Positions 1-13,340 of a stretch of 64,000 nucleotides of DNA are shown here, in pieces. Under the pieces are notes generated by a model. The model worked only from the letters and a program-made list of their open reading frames with translations, was not told the origin of the DNA and searched no databases. The DNA comes from Lama glama (taxonomy: Eukaryota), in assembly GCA_028534125.1 (NCBI GenBank), contig CM052817.1:18168001-18232000 (forward strand), in the 5' to 3' direction. How positions within the stretch are numbered: the first letter of the stretch is position 1; each line of letters starts with the position of its first letter. The translations under genes were made by a program, and so were the position numbers.

Positions 1-426
1 TTTCCAAGCTCATTCAGATTATTGGCAGAATTTAGTTCCTTGTGATTATAGTACTGAGGTCTTTGATTTCTTGATGTCTTTTGGCCAGCTTTCCACAACA
101 TGGCAGTTTGCTCCTTTTAGGCCAGCAGGTGAATCCCTCTTACACTTTGTGTCTCTTTGATCTTTTTTATGGATTTTTTTAAATGAGTGAGGTTATTCCT
201 ATCCATAATAGATTCTCTTTTGATTAACTCTTTGAAGTCAGAGTCAGCTGATTAGGGACCTTAATGACATCTGCAAAATCCTTTCTGCCATGAGATGTAA
301 CATTATCACAATAGTGAGATCCTGTCATACTCACAAGTCCTCACATTCAAGAGAAGTGGATTATACAGGGTTTATACACCAGAGAGCAGGAATCTTGGGA
401 GACATGTTAGAATTCTGCCTACCACA
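1..426. mobile_element. MaLR LTR (MLT1-like), cut by the window edge
   Basis: MLT1-type motifs ccaagctcattcagattattggcagaatt, gattagggaccttaatgacatctgcaaaatcc, and the terminus agaattctgcctaccaca. Confidence 0.7.
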
Positions 427-519
427 TTCTGATCCACACGTGAAAATTTTAGTTTCTCATGCCAAATGATACCTTGATTCCTTTTCAAACCTGGATTGCT
501 TTTTTTTTTTTTTCAGTGC

Positions 520-1455
520 TTTTGTTTTGAGTTAACTATAGACTTACAAGAAGTTGCAAAACTTTTACAAAGAGGTACTGTATCCTCATCCTGGTATTGA
601 ATCTTCCAATCTAAAAATTGAAAGTTTTCCCCAATGGTGACGTCTTAAATATAAATTTGGTATATTATCAAATCCAGGAAATTGGTATCATAAAATACAG
701 TTAAGTAAACTACAGACTTTAACTGTACCAGTTTTTATATGCATTAATTTTTAAATTTTGAAGTGTCTTTGAGTATAATCCTATGTCTAGATTCATATAA
801 CCACCACATTCAAGATATAGAACTGCCCTGTCATCACAAAAGAATTTCTTTGGGCTCCCCACATATAGTAACACACTACTCCTGAATTCCTGTCAGCCAC
901 TGTTCTGTTCTCTATACTTTTGCCATTATGAGAATGTTATATACATGGAATTTTAGATTATGTAACTGTTCTGAGATTGACCCTTTTCACTTAGCATAAT
1001 GCCCTTAAAATTCATTCAGATGGCTGGACTTACCAATAGTTGGTTCATTTTTATTGCTGAGTAATATTCCACTGTATGGATGTACTGCAGTTTGTTTAGC
1101 TATTCCCTCATTGAAGGAAACTTGTGTTGTTTCCAGTCTGGGCCTATAACAAATAAAATTCCTGTAAACATTCATGTTTGGGGCTTTGTGTGAACATGCT
1201 TCCATTTCTCTAGAATAAATGTTCAGGAATGCAGTTGATTTGGCCATATGGTAAATATATGTTTAACTTTTTAAGAAACTACCAGACTGATTTCCAGAGT
1301 GGCTGTACCATTTTACTTTCTTACCAGCAAAGGATGAGTGGTACAATTTCCCTGCATCCTTGCCAGCATTTGGTTCTGTTGGTATTTTTTATTTTGACCA
1401 TAAATTCTAAGAGATGTTTGGTAGTACCTCATTGTGATTTTAATTTGCATTTTTA
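520..1455 (-). mobile_element. Old L1M 3' end (3' UTR and ORF2 C-terminus)
   Basis: Antisense L1 motifs tttaagaaactaccagactgatttccagagtggctgtaccatttt and ctcattgtgattttaatttgcattt. Highly diverged. Confidence 0.75.
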
Positions 1456-1469
1456 ATTGCTTGCCTTTG

Positions 1470-3497
1470 TTTTTTTATTTGTTTTTGTTTTGGCTGTATA
1501 CCCAAGAGTGGAATTGCTGAGTTATATGGTAGTTCTATTTTAGTTTTTTAAATAACCTCATACTGTTTTCCATGGTGGCTACACCAGTTTACATTCCCAC
1601 TAACAGTGTACAAGGATTCCCTTTTCTCCACATCCTTGCCAACGTTTGTTATTTGTGTTCTTTTTGATGATAGCCATTCTGACAGGTGTGAGGTGATATC
1701 TCATTATGGTTTTAATTTGCATTTCTCTAGTAATTACTGTTGTTGAGCAGCTTTTCATATGCTTGTTGGTCATCTGTAAGTCTTCTTTGGAAAAATGTCT
1801 ATTCAGGTCTTCTGCCCAGGTTTTAATTGGGTTGTTTGGTTTTTTTGATAGTGAGTTATATGAACTGTTTATATCTGTTGGATAGTAACTACTTACCAGT
1901 CATATCATTGGCAGATATTTTCTACCATTTATTAGGTTGTCTTTTTGTTTTGTTGGTGGTTTCCTTTGCTGGGCAAAAGCTTTTAAGTTCAATTAGGACC
2001 CATTGTTTATTTTTGGTTTTATTTCCTTTGCTTTAGGAGACAGATCTAAAAATTATTGCTACAATTTATGTCAGAGAGTGTTATGCCTATGTTTTTTACT
2101 ATAACTTTTATGGTTCCTGGTCTTACACATTGGTCTTTAATCCGTTTTGAGTTTATTTTTCTATATGGTGTTGGAGAATGTTCTGATTTTATTCTTTTAC
2201 ATGTTGCTGTCCAGTTTTCCCAACACCACGTATTGGAGAGACTGTCTTTTTTCCATTGTATATTCTTGCCTTCTTTGTTGTAGATTAATAGACCAAAAGT
2301 GTGTGGGTTTATTTCTGGGCTCTCTATCCTATTTTATTGATCTCCTGTGTGTCTGTTTTTGTGCCAGTACTGTACTGTTTAGATGACTGCAGTTTACAGT
2401 ATAGTTTGAAGTAAGGGAACATGATTACTCTAGCTCTGTTCTTTCTCAAGATTGTTTTATCTATTCGAGGTCTTCTTTGTTTCCATATACATTTTAAATT
2501 TATTTGTTCTAATTCTGTCAAAAATGCCCTTGGTATTTTGATAGAGATTGCATTGAATCTGTAGACTGCCTTGGATAGTATGCTCATTTTAACAATACTA
2601 ATTCCTCCAATTATTGAACACAGTGTATTTTTCCATCTGTTTGTGTCATCTTCAATTTCTTTCATCAGTGTCTTACAGTTTTTTGAGTACAAGTCTTTTA
2701 CCTCCTTAGGTATGTTTATTCCTAGATATTTTATTCTTTTTGGTGTGATGGTAAATAAGGTTGTTTCCTTAGTTTTTCTTTCTGATAGTTCATCGTTAAT
2801 GTATACAAGTACAACTGATTTCTGTATATTAATCTTGTATCCTGCAACTTTACCAAATTCATTAATGAACTCTGGTAGTTTTCTGGTGGCATCTTTAGGA
2901 TTTTCTATGTATACTATCATGTCACCGGCAAATGGTGACAGTTTTACTTCTTTCTTTCCAATTTGGGTTCCTTTTATTTCTTTTTCTTATCTGATTATTG
3001 TGTCTAGGACTTCCAATATTATGTTGAATAAATGTGATGAGAGTGGGCATCCTTGTCATATTCCTGATCTTATAGGAAATACTTCCAGATTTTTACCATT
3101 GAGTCTAATGAGTCTGATGTTAGCTGTGGGTTTGTCATATATGGCCTTGTTTATGTTGAGGTATGTTCCTTCTGTGCTCACCTTCTGGATGGTTTTTATC
3201 ATAAATGGATATTGGATTTTGTCAAAAGCTTTTTATTTATCTATTGAGATGATCAGATGGTTTTTGTTTTTCACTTTGTTAATGTGGTCTGTCACATTGA
3301 TTAATTGCAGATATTGAAAAATCCTTACATTCCTGGTATAAATCCTGCTTGACTGCTTGACAACGGCGTATGATCCTTTTAATATATTATTGGATTCAGT
3401 TTGCTAATGTTTTGTTGAGGATTTTTGCATCTATGTTCGTCAATGATTTTGGCCTGTAATTTTCTTTTTTGTAATATTTTTGTGTGGTTTTGGTTAG
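1470..3497 (-). mobile_element. L1 ORF2 fragment (RT to C-terminal region)
   Basis: Minus ORF 2324-2920 [15 protein letters not shown]...[13 protein letters not shown]...IKYLGINI is L1 ORF2. The catalytic FADD reads FAGD (2921-2932). Confidence 0.93.
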
Positions 3498-6400
3498 AAG
3501 GAACCTTTGTGATATGGTTGAATCCCTCCATTTTACAGGAGATAAAAGCCATTAGTGTATGGATAGAGATGTCGGCACAACCCAGGCTTCCTGTTTCCCA
3601 AATCAGTGGCCTTTCTTATTTTGCCTTCCTTCAGATAAAATACTGGGTACTTAAGAGAAACTTTTACTTCTTTAGGCGCATAGTTGAGTGTACCATTCCC
3701 AAGAGGTTAGGTAGAAAAGTACAAGTGATATTAGGGAGAAGAAGGAATTTTAAGACTTCAGTTTCTTAAGTTACCAGTAATTAAAACTGCAGTCAGAGTT
3801 GTTATTGATTTTTTTTTTTCTCCTCCAGAAGTTAGACAAAGAGAGCCTTGTTACACTTTTCAGGGATTAAAATTTATGTAATGCAGTAAGAAGTAAGGCC
3901 CTGTGTGGTTGCTGCATAACTTTGTACTTGAAATTCAGTTGAAATTTTACTTTAAAAAGCATTACTTTAGTATAATTTTAGTAAAATTTAACTTTATATT
4001 TAATATGAAAACTTTCAAACTGTGTACGAGGTAGTTCCTTGAAATCTGTCTACTTAAGTCCTTATTCTCACTAAATATAGTCTTGAAGAAAATTGTTTCC
4101 TTCAAATTTTTGAGTTGATACTGATAGTGGGAAGGGTTGTTATTTGAGTTTTGAAGATTCAATATATTATATCATTTTTGTGGTGTCTTTTCCCTGGGAG
4201 GGGCTTCTTCCTCTCTTGCTCACTGCTGGGGTGTGCTGGAGACCCCAGACTGGACCCCACTCCTCCCCTCCAGCACTGCCTCCTCTCCCCCTTCTCCTTC
4301 GTTAGGTATAGCACGTATTTCAGTTGCTAATACTCATCTCCAGTTCCTGTTGTCTGCTCTTATTTAAGAATTTTCTCTTTCCTTCCTTTCTTACCCTTCT
4401 TTTCCCAGGAAGTTTATTCCTTGTCAAATGACGAGACACATAGGGACATACTAAAGGGAGGAGCCCAGGTTTGCTGAGGTAATTTTAAAATCCCAAATAC
4501 CTTTGTAGAAAATACGTGTCCATATTTTAAGTGAATTTTTAAAAATTTTACTTAAGTCATTTTGATTGTGTTTGTATATTTTTAAAGGTAATACCATTAA
4601 ATGTTAGATTTGTCAGTAGTTATTTTGAATAAAAAGTTTCTAGAAACTGAGGCTGTGCTGTTTTTGTTTAAATGATAATTTCTACGAGGATTTACTAAAG
4701 GTTCATATAAAATTATAATTTCGGTTGAGTTAAAGTTGAAGGTCACATTTAGCATGGCTTGTGAGTTTTTTGCTCTGAAAAACAGAACATTTTATTTAAA
4801 TAAAACTCATTATATATATTCTCATCACAAAGATGGGGCTTATATCTTCCGTAGAGATGGTTCAGTTCCTTTATATAATAAATATTAATTTCTTTTTAGG
4901 TTTTATGGGTGTTGTTAGCAGCACTATAGTTCTACAGTTTTTCTAAAACCATGTATTATTTTTTACTTATGTTTTTCAGTGCTATTTATAAGAACTCTTG
5001 AGGGGGGAATATTTTATGCTATTTTGTAGCTGGGGAAACTAAGAACTAATGATGTCAAGAGGTTTGCTGAAGGTTACATGGTTAGTAAGTAATGAAATTG
5101 AAATTAGAGCTCATTTCTGATGTCAAAGTTGGTGGTGCTGTGATTGTTTCGGGAAAGTATGGGTTGATAGACAGTTACTTGTGATTATAAGAGTTATGCG
5201 TGAAGATACAGTAAGAGCAGGAAATAGAATATATCTAACTGTTAAGAGGTCAGGAAGGCTTTAGAGAGGGGGTTAATCACTAGTGAAGTGATTCTTCAGG
5301 GACCAGAATGTGCCTTGTATTTTGTGCTGTGGAGACTGGGTTTTATTCTTCGGGATATTGGGAAATACTGAAGGATTTCAGCAAGAGGGATGATGTGACC
5401 ATCTTCATATTATTCTAAAGAGGCCATAAAAGGGGGTACATTTGTAGCATGGTGGTACTAGAGATAGGGAGACCATTACAGGAAGGCTGGGGTAGGGGGC
5501 AGTGATGAAGTTATCTCTGATGGCAGTGGTGGAGAGGGAACTGGATTTGAGCTTTTAATAATCAGACAACATACTGATGTTGTTCCTCTCAGTCAAAAAT
5601 AAAGCTGAAAGTTTGTGTTTAGAAAACTGACTCGGTTCTGACCATCTTCAGATTGCTGATCTGTAAAGAGCTTTGCTCTGAATTGTTAAAAGAGTATAGC
5701 TATGTTTAGGATAGAAATCATGTCTTTTAGGGATAAAGCTATTTCTTTAATGAAAGCTAAATTTATGCCTGGATTATGGTAATAATGTCAATAAGACTTT
5801 TCAGTATAGGATCTACCCAGTCACATCATTTCAGGAAGCAAAGCTAACTTTACTTAAAATGATCAGTACTGTTTTATGAATGACTTCTTTCATTCCATTC
5901 CAGATCATTCTAAATCATTTCTTAGAAATTTCTGATTGAGTTCTGTAGGCAGGAAGAATGCAGTAATTGTAATTCTTTTTGACAACATGTCCTTCTAGGC
6001 CACATTCTATCTACTTGATGCCACCCTGCATCTTGTCTTTTCCTCATATCCTGAAATAGAAGGGGCCTGTTGCAGTGTTCCAACCTGTCATGTAGCAGGT
6101 GGAGTTTTCCTGGGTTGTGTGTGGAAGAACAGTCTTCCTGTTGTTAATTGTGCCCAAAAAAAAGGTTATAATAATATGAGTTTAGTTCAGAAGTTTAGTT
6201 TAGGTATCTATGTGTATCTTTCTCTAAAATTAAAAAATACAAAGGAAAATGGTACCTGGTTTTATGCTTGGTAATGAATAAGGTCTTTTTCTGGTTGATG
6301 ACATCCTGTTTAATGGAGGCTGCATACCATAGTGGAATGAATGAGAGTTCTAGGCATTAGTAAAACTTGCCTTGTAATATTTTTGTAATCTTCCCCTTTC

Positions 6401-7434
6401 TAGCTCACTCTGTTAGTACAACCTTAGTTTAGACACTGTGGCTGGGGATAATAAAATAACTTCTCTCTCTGTCTCCAGTCTGTTGTCCTCAAGTCCACCC
6501 TCTGCAGCTACCCGAATATTCTAACACAAATCTGACACTATCCTACTCATGTCTCTATGAGTCTCTTATTGCTAATGGGTTCTGCTAAATGCTTGCAGTT
6601 GTGATATAGCCAGGGTGGCTCCTTGAATGTTTAATTTCCATGAAGTCTTGCTAGCTCGACAGTTCTACACACACACACAGGTACTTGATTTTTGTAAAAT
6701 ATTTTAATGCATTCATTTCTTTGTATGCTTCAAGTACTATTTTACTTTTTAAATTACTTCTTAATAGTATTTATTGAAATACCTGATATAGGTAGATGTT
6801 AATTGAGACAGAAGTATAAAATTATGAAAAAACAGAAAATAGGACACATAACTGGGAGTAAATAAAAAAGTGGCACAGATCTCTGTCAGCCATGTTCATA
6901 ATTCTTAAAAGCCAAACTTAGCTGAGGCCTTCAAGAAGTGCTAAGAATAATAAAAGACATTTTGAACATTGTGTTTGGATAAAAACAAGGAAGGTAGCAG
7001 ATTATTTCTGATCCTGTAATGATAATAGATGACAGTAGGCAGTCATCTTCACCACTCATTTGACTCTCTTTTGTTAGGAAAGTGATTGATTGAAAATGGT
7101 AGATCCAAGTTATTTTGAGAGAAGGATGAGAAAGGAACTAACTGTTCTCGGTAGCCAGGATATTTTCACTCTAGGGTCTAAAAACAACTTTAATAATCCT
7201 GTTTTCATGATCTCTTAGCAATCTTGGAGACCAAGAATAGTATGGGAAGGCTGGCTGGCTTTCATAAAAACATTTTTTGAGGCATAATTGACATATAATA
7301 AATGATTTCTATTTAAAGTGTACAGTTTGATAAGTGCTGGTGTACATACATACAGTGAAACCATTGCCACGGTCAAGATAACGAACATAGCCATGATCCC
7401 TCAAAAGTTTCCGCATGCCCCTTGGAAGAGTAGA

Positions 7435-8460
7435 CTGAGAAAAATCAGTCAGTGGGGAGGAGGACAAGAATATTATGTTGTCCTGGAAACTGGATAAAGA
7501 AGAGAATGATCAGCTGTGACAGATGCTTACTGATAGTCCAAGGACGATAAGAAGGGAGAATTGGCCGTTGGATTTAGTAATGTGGAGGGCACTGGGGGTT
7601 TTGACCAGGATGATTTTGGTGCAGTGGTGAGAGCACAAGCCTGAATGGAGTATATTTTAGTACAGAAAGGGAGGAGACAAATTCGAGATGGTAAGTTAGC
7701 GATGTTTCCGAGGAGATTTTCTACAAAGGGAAGTAGTAAAGTGGAGTTCAGAGTGTTTTGCCCTTTTTTTAAGGATGGGGAAAGGCATGTTTATATTCTG
7801 ATGCCAGTGATCCGTTGAGAGCGACATGTTAAGATTGAGTACTTCGAGGAGTGCTCTTGAGGGGCTCCGTGGGATGAAATTTAATTCACGAGTGTAGGGA
7901 TTGGCATTACAGAGAAACTGGGATAATTTATGTCTGTCAGTAGGTCAGACATACAGTATGAGGTGTGGACCCTGGGAGGTAGTTTGATGGGTCATGAGAG
8001 TTTATGGAAATTTTCCTTCCAGCTGTTCAATGAAAATTTTTTTTTTCTTTCAGTGAAACATAGCAAGCAAAGTCATTGCCTTGAATAAAGATGGGGAGAA
8101 GGCATTGAGAGTTGCAGATCAAGAAGGTGTGAAATAGAGGAGAGAGTGTGTAGGCTAGGGAGTTAGTTACAGTGTGATTGCCTGGCAACATTAGGGTGCA
8201 TTTGAGGTCTGTAGTTATGGATTTCCGGCATCGTGATGAGCTGTGTTTGGAGCATAGGTGTAAATGCACAGTAGGTGGAGAATTAGATTTGTTTCAGGAT
8301 TATGGCTTTGCTAACCAAGGATAATAAAGTGAGAGAATGGTAAGTGAGTTAAGGGTGTTTGCGAGGGAGTGATTACAATGAGTGGCTGTGGATTTAGCTA
8401 TAAAAGGAGGGGAGGGAAGACATTAAAGGGTGAGAAACAGTAACCCATGCAGGAGATGAG
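7435..8460 (-). mobile_element. L2 LINE remnant
   Basis: Purine-rich antisense L2 motifs tgttgtcctggaaac, gagaattggccgttggatttag, tggtgagagcacaagcctgaatggagt. Confidence 0.55.
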
Positions 8461-11400
8461 CAGAGTTTACATAGTGTTTCGAAGGTAGAAACAGCATTTC
8501 CTGAGATTGGATGTAATGTGTGTGAGAGTGGTCTTCAAGAATGACCTTAGAATTTTTGATGCTTTAGCAGTTGTAAGAATGGAGTTGCTGTCAGCTGAAG
8601 TGCTTGGTAGTTTGTCACATTCAGTGAATTTGTTACATTTAGTTGATGTGATTGTTCCACATAAAAAGAAAATTTTCTAGTGTAATTAAAGCTAGGCAAA
8701 TATAAATATAAACCAGCTTAACCCATGAGCACTCATTACGTTTCTGTATTGATTCAGTCACTCAGCACATACTTACTGCGTATTTGCTGTTTCAGGTGAT
8801 GTTCTAGGTGATGGGAATGTAGCACAGAGTATTCTTTTGGGTATTTTTAAAACTAGGAAGTCTTTCTCTTTTGACAGATTGTGGGATAAAGGGAAAAATA
8901 AACTTCTTTGGATTTGGACAGACCTGGGATGAATTTCAACAAAATGATTAAAATTTTTGACCATGGGCAAATTACCTTACAGATGAGAGTCTTGGCTTGT
9001 GTATTGTGAGAAGCAGCAGCATGATTTCAACTTGGGAGGATTATTGAGAGAAGTAGAATTAGGTTATCAAGCAGAGCACCTGGCATATGCTACCCGATAA
9101 ATACTCTTACTCCCTCTTTATCTTCTCTCTTTGTATTTTAGAGTGTATTTGGTTTGGGGAGCAGCCAAAAGATATTAGAGTTGATTCTAATTAAAAACTA
9201 TTGTTTTTGATATCTGTTGAGGTAATAGTAATATAATAGGAAGAGTAGATTGCAGGAGACTTGGCATTGAATTCCTACTGTGCTCTTTATTAGTTAATTT
9301 CCTTGGGCACCTTACCTTTCCGGATAATAGTAAAAGGTATCTACTGAGTGTTGTTTATGGTGTTCCAAGTATGTTCCACATAGTGTGTTAGGTGTTTTAT
9401 ATGTAGATATCTCATTTAATTTAAACAACAACCTTGCAGATTTGCTGTTATTCCCATTCTACCGATAAGGAAGTTAAGGCAAAGAAGTTAAATACCTTTC
9501 CTGAGGTTATATAGTAAGTGGCAGAATAAGAATGAATTGAAAGTTCTTCTTCCCCCTGCAGAATGCTCAGCTTTTGTCGTCTGTAAAATTGCAATGCTAA
9601 TTTTATTTTCTGTGATTGTTGTTAAGTTCTTGTGCTGAGAGAGAAGTGGAGCAGTGTCGTGCTCCTGGCTCAGTGCTGGGCGGTAACAGCAGCGTTCTCT
9701 TTGTTTCCCAAGTGGTGATATAGGTTGGAGAGTATAATGATCTTGTTCTCCATCGCTTCTGTTTTGCTTATAGCTTTTAAGAAATTGTGGTAAAATGTAC
9801 ATAACATAAAATTTTACCATTTTAACCATTTTTAAGTGTGTAATTCAGTGACATTAAGTACATTCATAATGTTCTGGTTGTAACTTTGAATTATATTCTT
9901 CGCTGCAAAACAAATAAAAATAAGCAAGGCTGTTCCACTCTGTGCATATAATGTTACTAATCAAAATGTTAGTGTTTATAGCATCCTGGGAAACCAAGAA
10001 ATCAGTAGATAAGTGTATGCATGCACTTGTTTACTTTTTTTTTTTTTTTGCACCTAGTCAGCAGTATTTTCCTGCATATGACAGATACAACAGGGTTATA
10101 AACAGATACCTTATTGCTTTCTAGGGAGTTATAGTATAAAACAAAATGGAAAAAATTAGGCAGCTGTCAATGAACATAGAGATGAATACAGCTGCCCAAA
10201 TATTCCTGCTTACGTATTTGTATACATTGAGGGAACATATTGGTTAACTATGAATATAAGTTGATGTTTTTTGGGTTGAAGGATGTGTTGGTAAATGAAT
10301 TGCATATTAAAATAGTTATGAGGCAAAGGCATTACCTTTTAGCAAGGCTCTTTGAGAAAATTAGCAGGAACTTTTTGAGGTGGCAAGGACAAGATGCTTT
10401 GTGTGGGTGGGGGAATAAGTGGGAGGGAAATAATCAGGACATGATAAATTAAAAAATGTCCCTGGAAAATGGGAAGGGACCTAAGTAAGTAAGTGAGTTT
10501 GTATCAGATAGTCTGTTTAAAACATTTGGAAAGTGTAACTGAACTTAGCAATTTTAAAATTTTTAGCTAATGATCAGGGGAATGATCAGCCTACATTAGT
10601 CAGGCTAAGTAATAAGTACTTGATAAACAGTCAATGATTCAGAGCTCCAAGAGGCAGTCATCAGTCAGAGGGGGTTTTATTTTCTGTTCAGTATAATACT
10701 TAAGCCATAATTTGATACATCGGCAGTGGTTTCTCAGCCCTCTGTTGGTGAGGTTTGCCTCCTCTATCTGTTGAACTTTTCTAAAGTCTGAGTTAAACAC
10801 TAAAGATTCTAGAATCCTTCACCTGCATTTTTATAGCATCCTGATACAGCATCGTGTATGCCAGTTACAACTTTCCCTTTCTCAGCTGTTCTGGCATGTA
10901 ATTTACTTTCAGTAAAGATTAGCATATTTTGAATATCTAATATATAACAGAAAATATGCTAGGCAATGGATTGAAACTTACTTCTCTTAAAAAAGCTATG
11001 CATCAGCCTTTATTACTGATTTATTAGGTTTTTTTGAGAAACATCCATTAATCCTGTTGTACACGTGGCATTGGTGATATACGAGACATTGAAAATATGA
11101 GAGAAGTAAGACTGCCTTATAGAGGATGTCAGAAAAGGAGGAAGACATTATTCACTGTCTTTTTGAGTTTGAATTGGATTGTTGAATTAGTGAAAAATGA
11201 CACCAATTATCTGAAGATTTTCAAGAAAGTTTACTCAAAATATTCAGATTGAAGTATTTGATTTGATAAATGCTTGAGCTATTAATGGAAGTACTAAGTA
11301 CAAACAATATTTATTTAAAACTTCTCTCTCAATGGTAGTATTAAGAAAATCCTAATCATGAGACTCATAAGTAGCTGCCAGTAGGGTAAGCCAAGTTCTT

Positions 11401-12842
11401 GGCAGTATATGATGTGCACATTGTTAATGGGCTACGGTCACTCGTTTGTGATTAAAAGTCAGCTCGCTCTCCTTGTTCTTTTCTGCATATAATTTGCTGA
11501 TCTTAATGATATTATAGGAAGGAACTAGCTTTAATGACTGGATTTACTGTTTCAGCTTCTTTTTTTTTTTTTTGCATTAGTCAATGTTTTTTTTTTAAAC
11601 GCCTCTAATTGATTCCTATGCAGTAAACTACACATATTTCAGATGTACAATTTGATGAATTTTGATAGATGTATACACCAGTGAAACCACCACCACAATC
11701 TAGATAGCTAAAGCTTCCATCACTCCCCAAGAGGTGCAAATTTCAAATTTGCATTTTATCCCTTCCTATCCCCTTTACCCACTGGTAACCATAAGTTTGT
11801 TCTCTATGTCTGTGAGTCTATTTCTGTTTTGTAGATACCAGCTTCATTTATTTCTTAACCTCTTATTTTCTTAGCTTTCTGAATTGTATTCCCTGCATGT
11901 ACCAATTGACTAGACAACAAAATACAGAATATCGCATAGTTATGCTTCTAGTAAAGGCTTAATGGAATCACATTTGACACGTTCCACAACTCTGTGTTGT
12001 TTGGTCTCACTCAGCCAAATAGAAGAGAAGTGTACCTTTGTTTTACCTAGACTCTTAGTCCTGAAATGTCAGTCATATTCTTCTGTTTTCTCTCACTATC
12101 TTCAGTTGTCACTTCAGCCTAACCTTTTCTTTCTGTCCTTACTTCCGTGATTGTAGTTTATGTTGTTACTTCCTGCCTGGACTATTGGAATAGGCATTTG
12201 TTGGTAATAGGCATGTAAACTGAGACTATAGTTTCTGCTCTAGATTAAAATAAAACTATGTGGAAAAGCTTATTTTGAACTTGAAAGCACTGCATAAAAT
12301 ATAAGTTGTGATTTCTGTTACAGTTGCTATCAAGTCACATTCCCTTAAACATTAACAGTGGCTTCTTTTAGACTCTTGTTTGTTGGTTCATTGTCATTCA
12401 CTGCCTGAGAGCTCCAGGCCATCTTTCCAGGTTCACATCCTGCTGCTCCTCCACCCATGAGTTGCTTGTGTTTTCGTCCTCCCTCTGGGGAGTACTGTTG
12501 GCCAGCCAGGACAGTTGTGTGTTATGTGGGACTGGCCTGTGCCTTGTAGTTACTTAACATCCTTGGCCTCCCCACCCCTCCATTGAATGCTGGCGGCAGA
12601 TGGGAGGAGAGGTGAGCTGGGTAGGTGAGCAGGGAGGAGCACTAAGTAGCACTCTCAACTGAGAACCAGTCTGCTAGTCAAACTGCTCTTTGTGGGTCCT
12701 AGAGCTCATCGTATTTCCTCTTTGGGTTTGTTCTTTTTTCTCTTTTTCTAACCCCACTTATTAAAATCTAATTTCTCTTTCTTGATAGCACCAAAAATGT
12801 AATTGCTTGCATGTAAAAGTCAGTCAGGCAGTTATTGATTAG

Positions 12843-13262
12843 TGATGTAGGAAAATGAGTGCTATGAGAAGATGGCCGTGTTCCAGGTCCCAGGCGAGTC
12901 CCTGGGACGCGTCCCGCCAAGTGAGGATCCTTGGCTTCATTCACTCAGGAAAGAATTCAAGAGTGAGTCATACTTGAGAAAAAGTAGATTTATTCAGAAA
13001 GATGCACACTTCATAGGCAGAATGTAGGCTGTCTAAGAAGGCCAGAGAGGCCATGAGGCACTGGGGATGTGTGTGTGTTTAGTTTAAAGTAAAAGTAGAT
13101 ACATACTCCACAGACAGAGTATGGGCCATCTCAGGTGTGAGAGGTACGGGGTTGTTAGTTTTTAATGGGCATGGTAACAGTATGCTAGTAAGTGGGAGGA
13201 TTATTCCAGCTACTTTGGGGAAGAGACTGGGATTCTCAGGAATTGGTCCATAACCCACTTTT
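12843..13262 (-). mobile_element. Truncated MER41-like LTR (same family as 39474-40101)
   Basis: Begins tgatgtagga. Shares ccctggga..gtccc.gccaagtg.gg.tccttggcttc, caggaaagaattcaagag, aaagtagataca and tatgcta.taagtgg.agga with the nested LTR, in the same order. Confidence 0.8.
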
Positions 13263-13340
13263 TAAAAAAATTTAATTATTCTCTTGGGTGGAAGGTAGTT
13301 AGATTTATTTATTTATTTTTAGAGAAGGTGCTGGGGTTAT
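13263..13340 (-). mobile_element. 3' fragment of a Vic-1-type SINE
   Basis: ggtagttagatttatttatttatttttagagaaggtgctgggg matches the 3' part of the two full SINE copies in this window. The tRNA head is missing. Confidence 0.6.

Noticed and set aside
2571..3317. Longest ORF in the window (248 aa, + strand, hydrophobic)
   Set aside because: It is the antisense shadow of L1 ORF2. T-rich antisense L1 commonly gives Phe/Leu/Ile/Ser-rich open frames.
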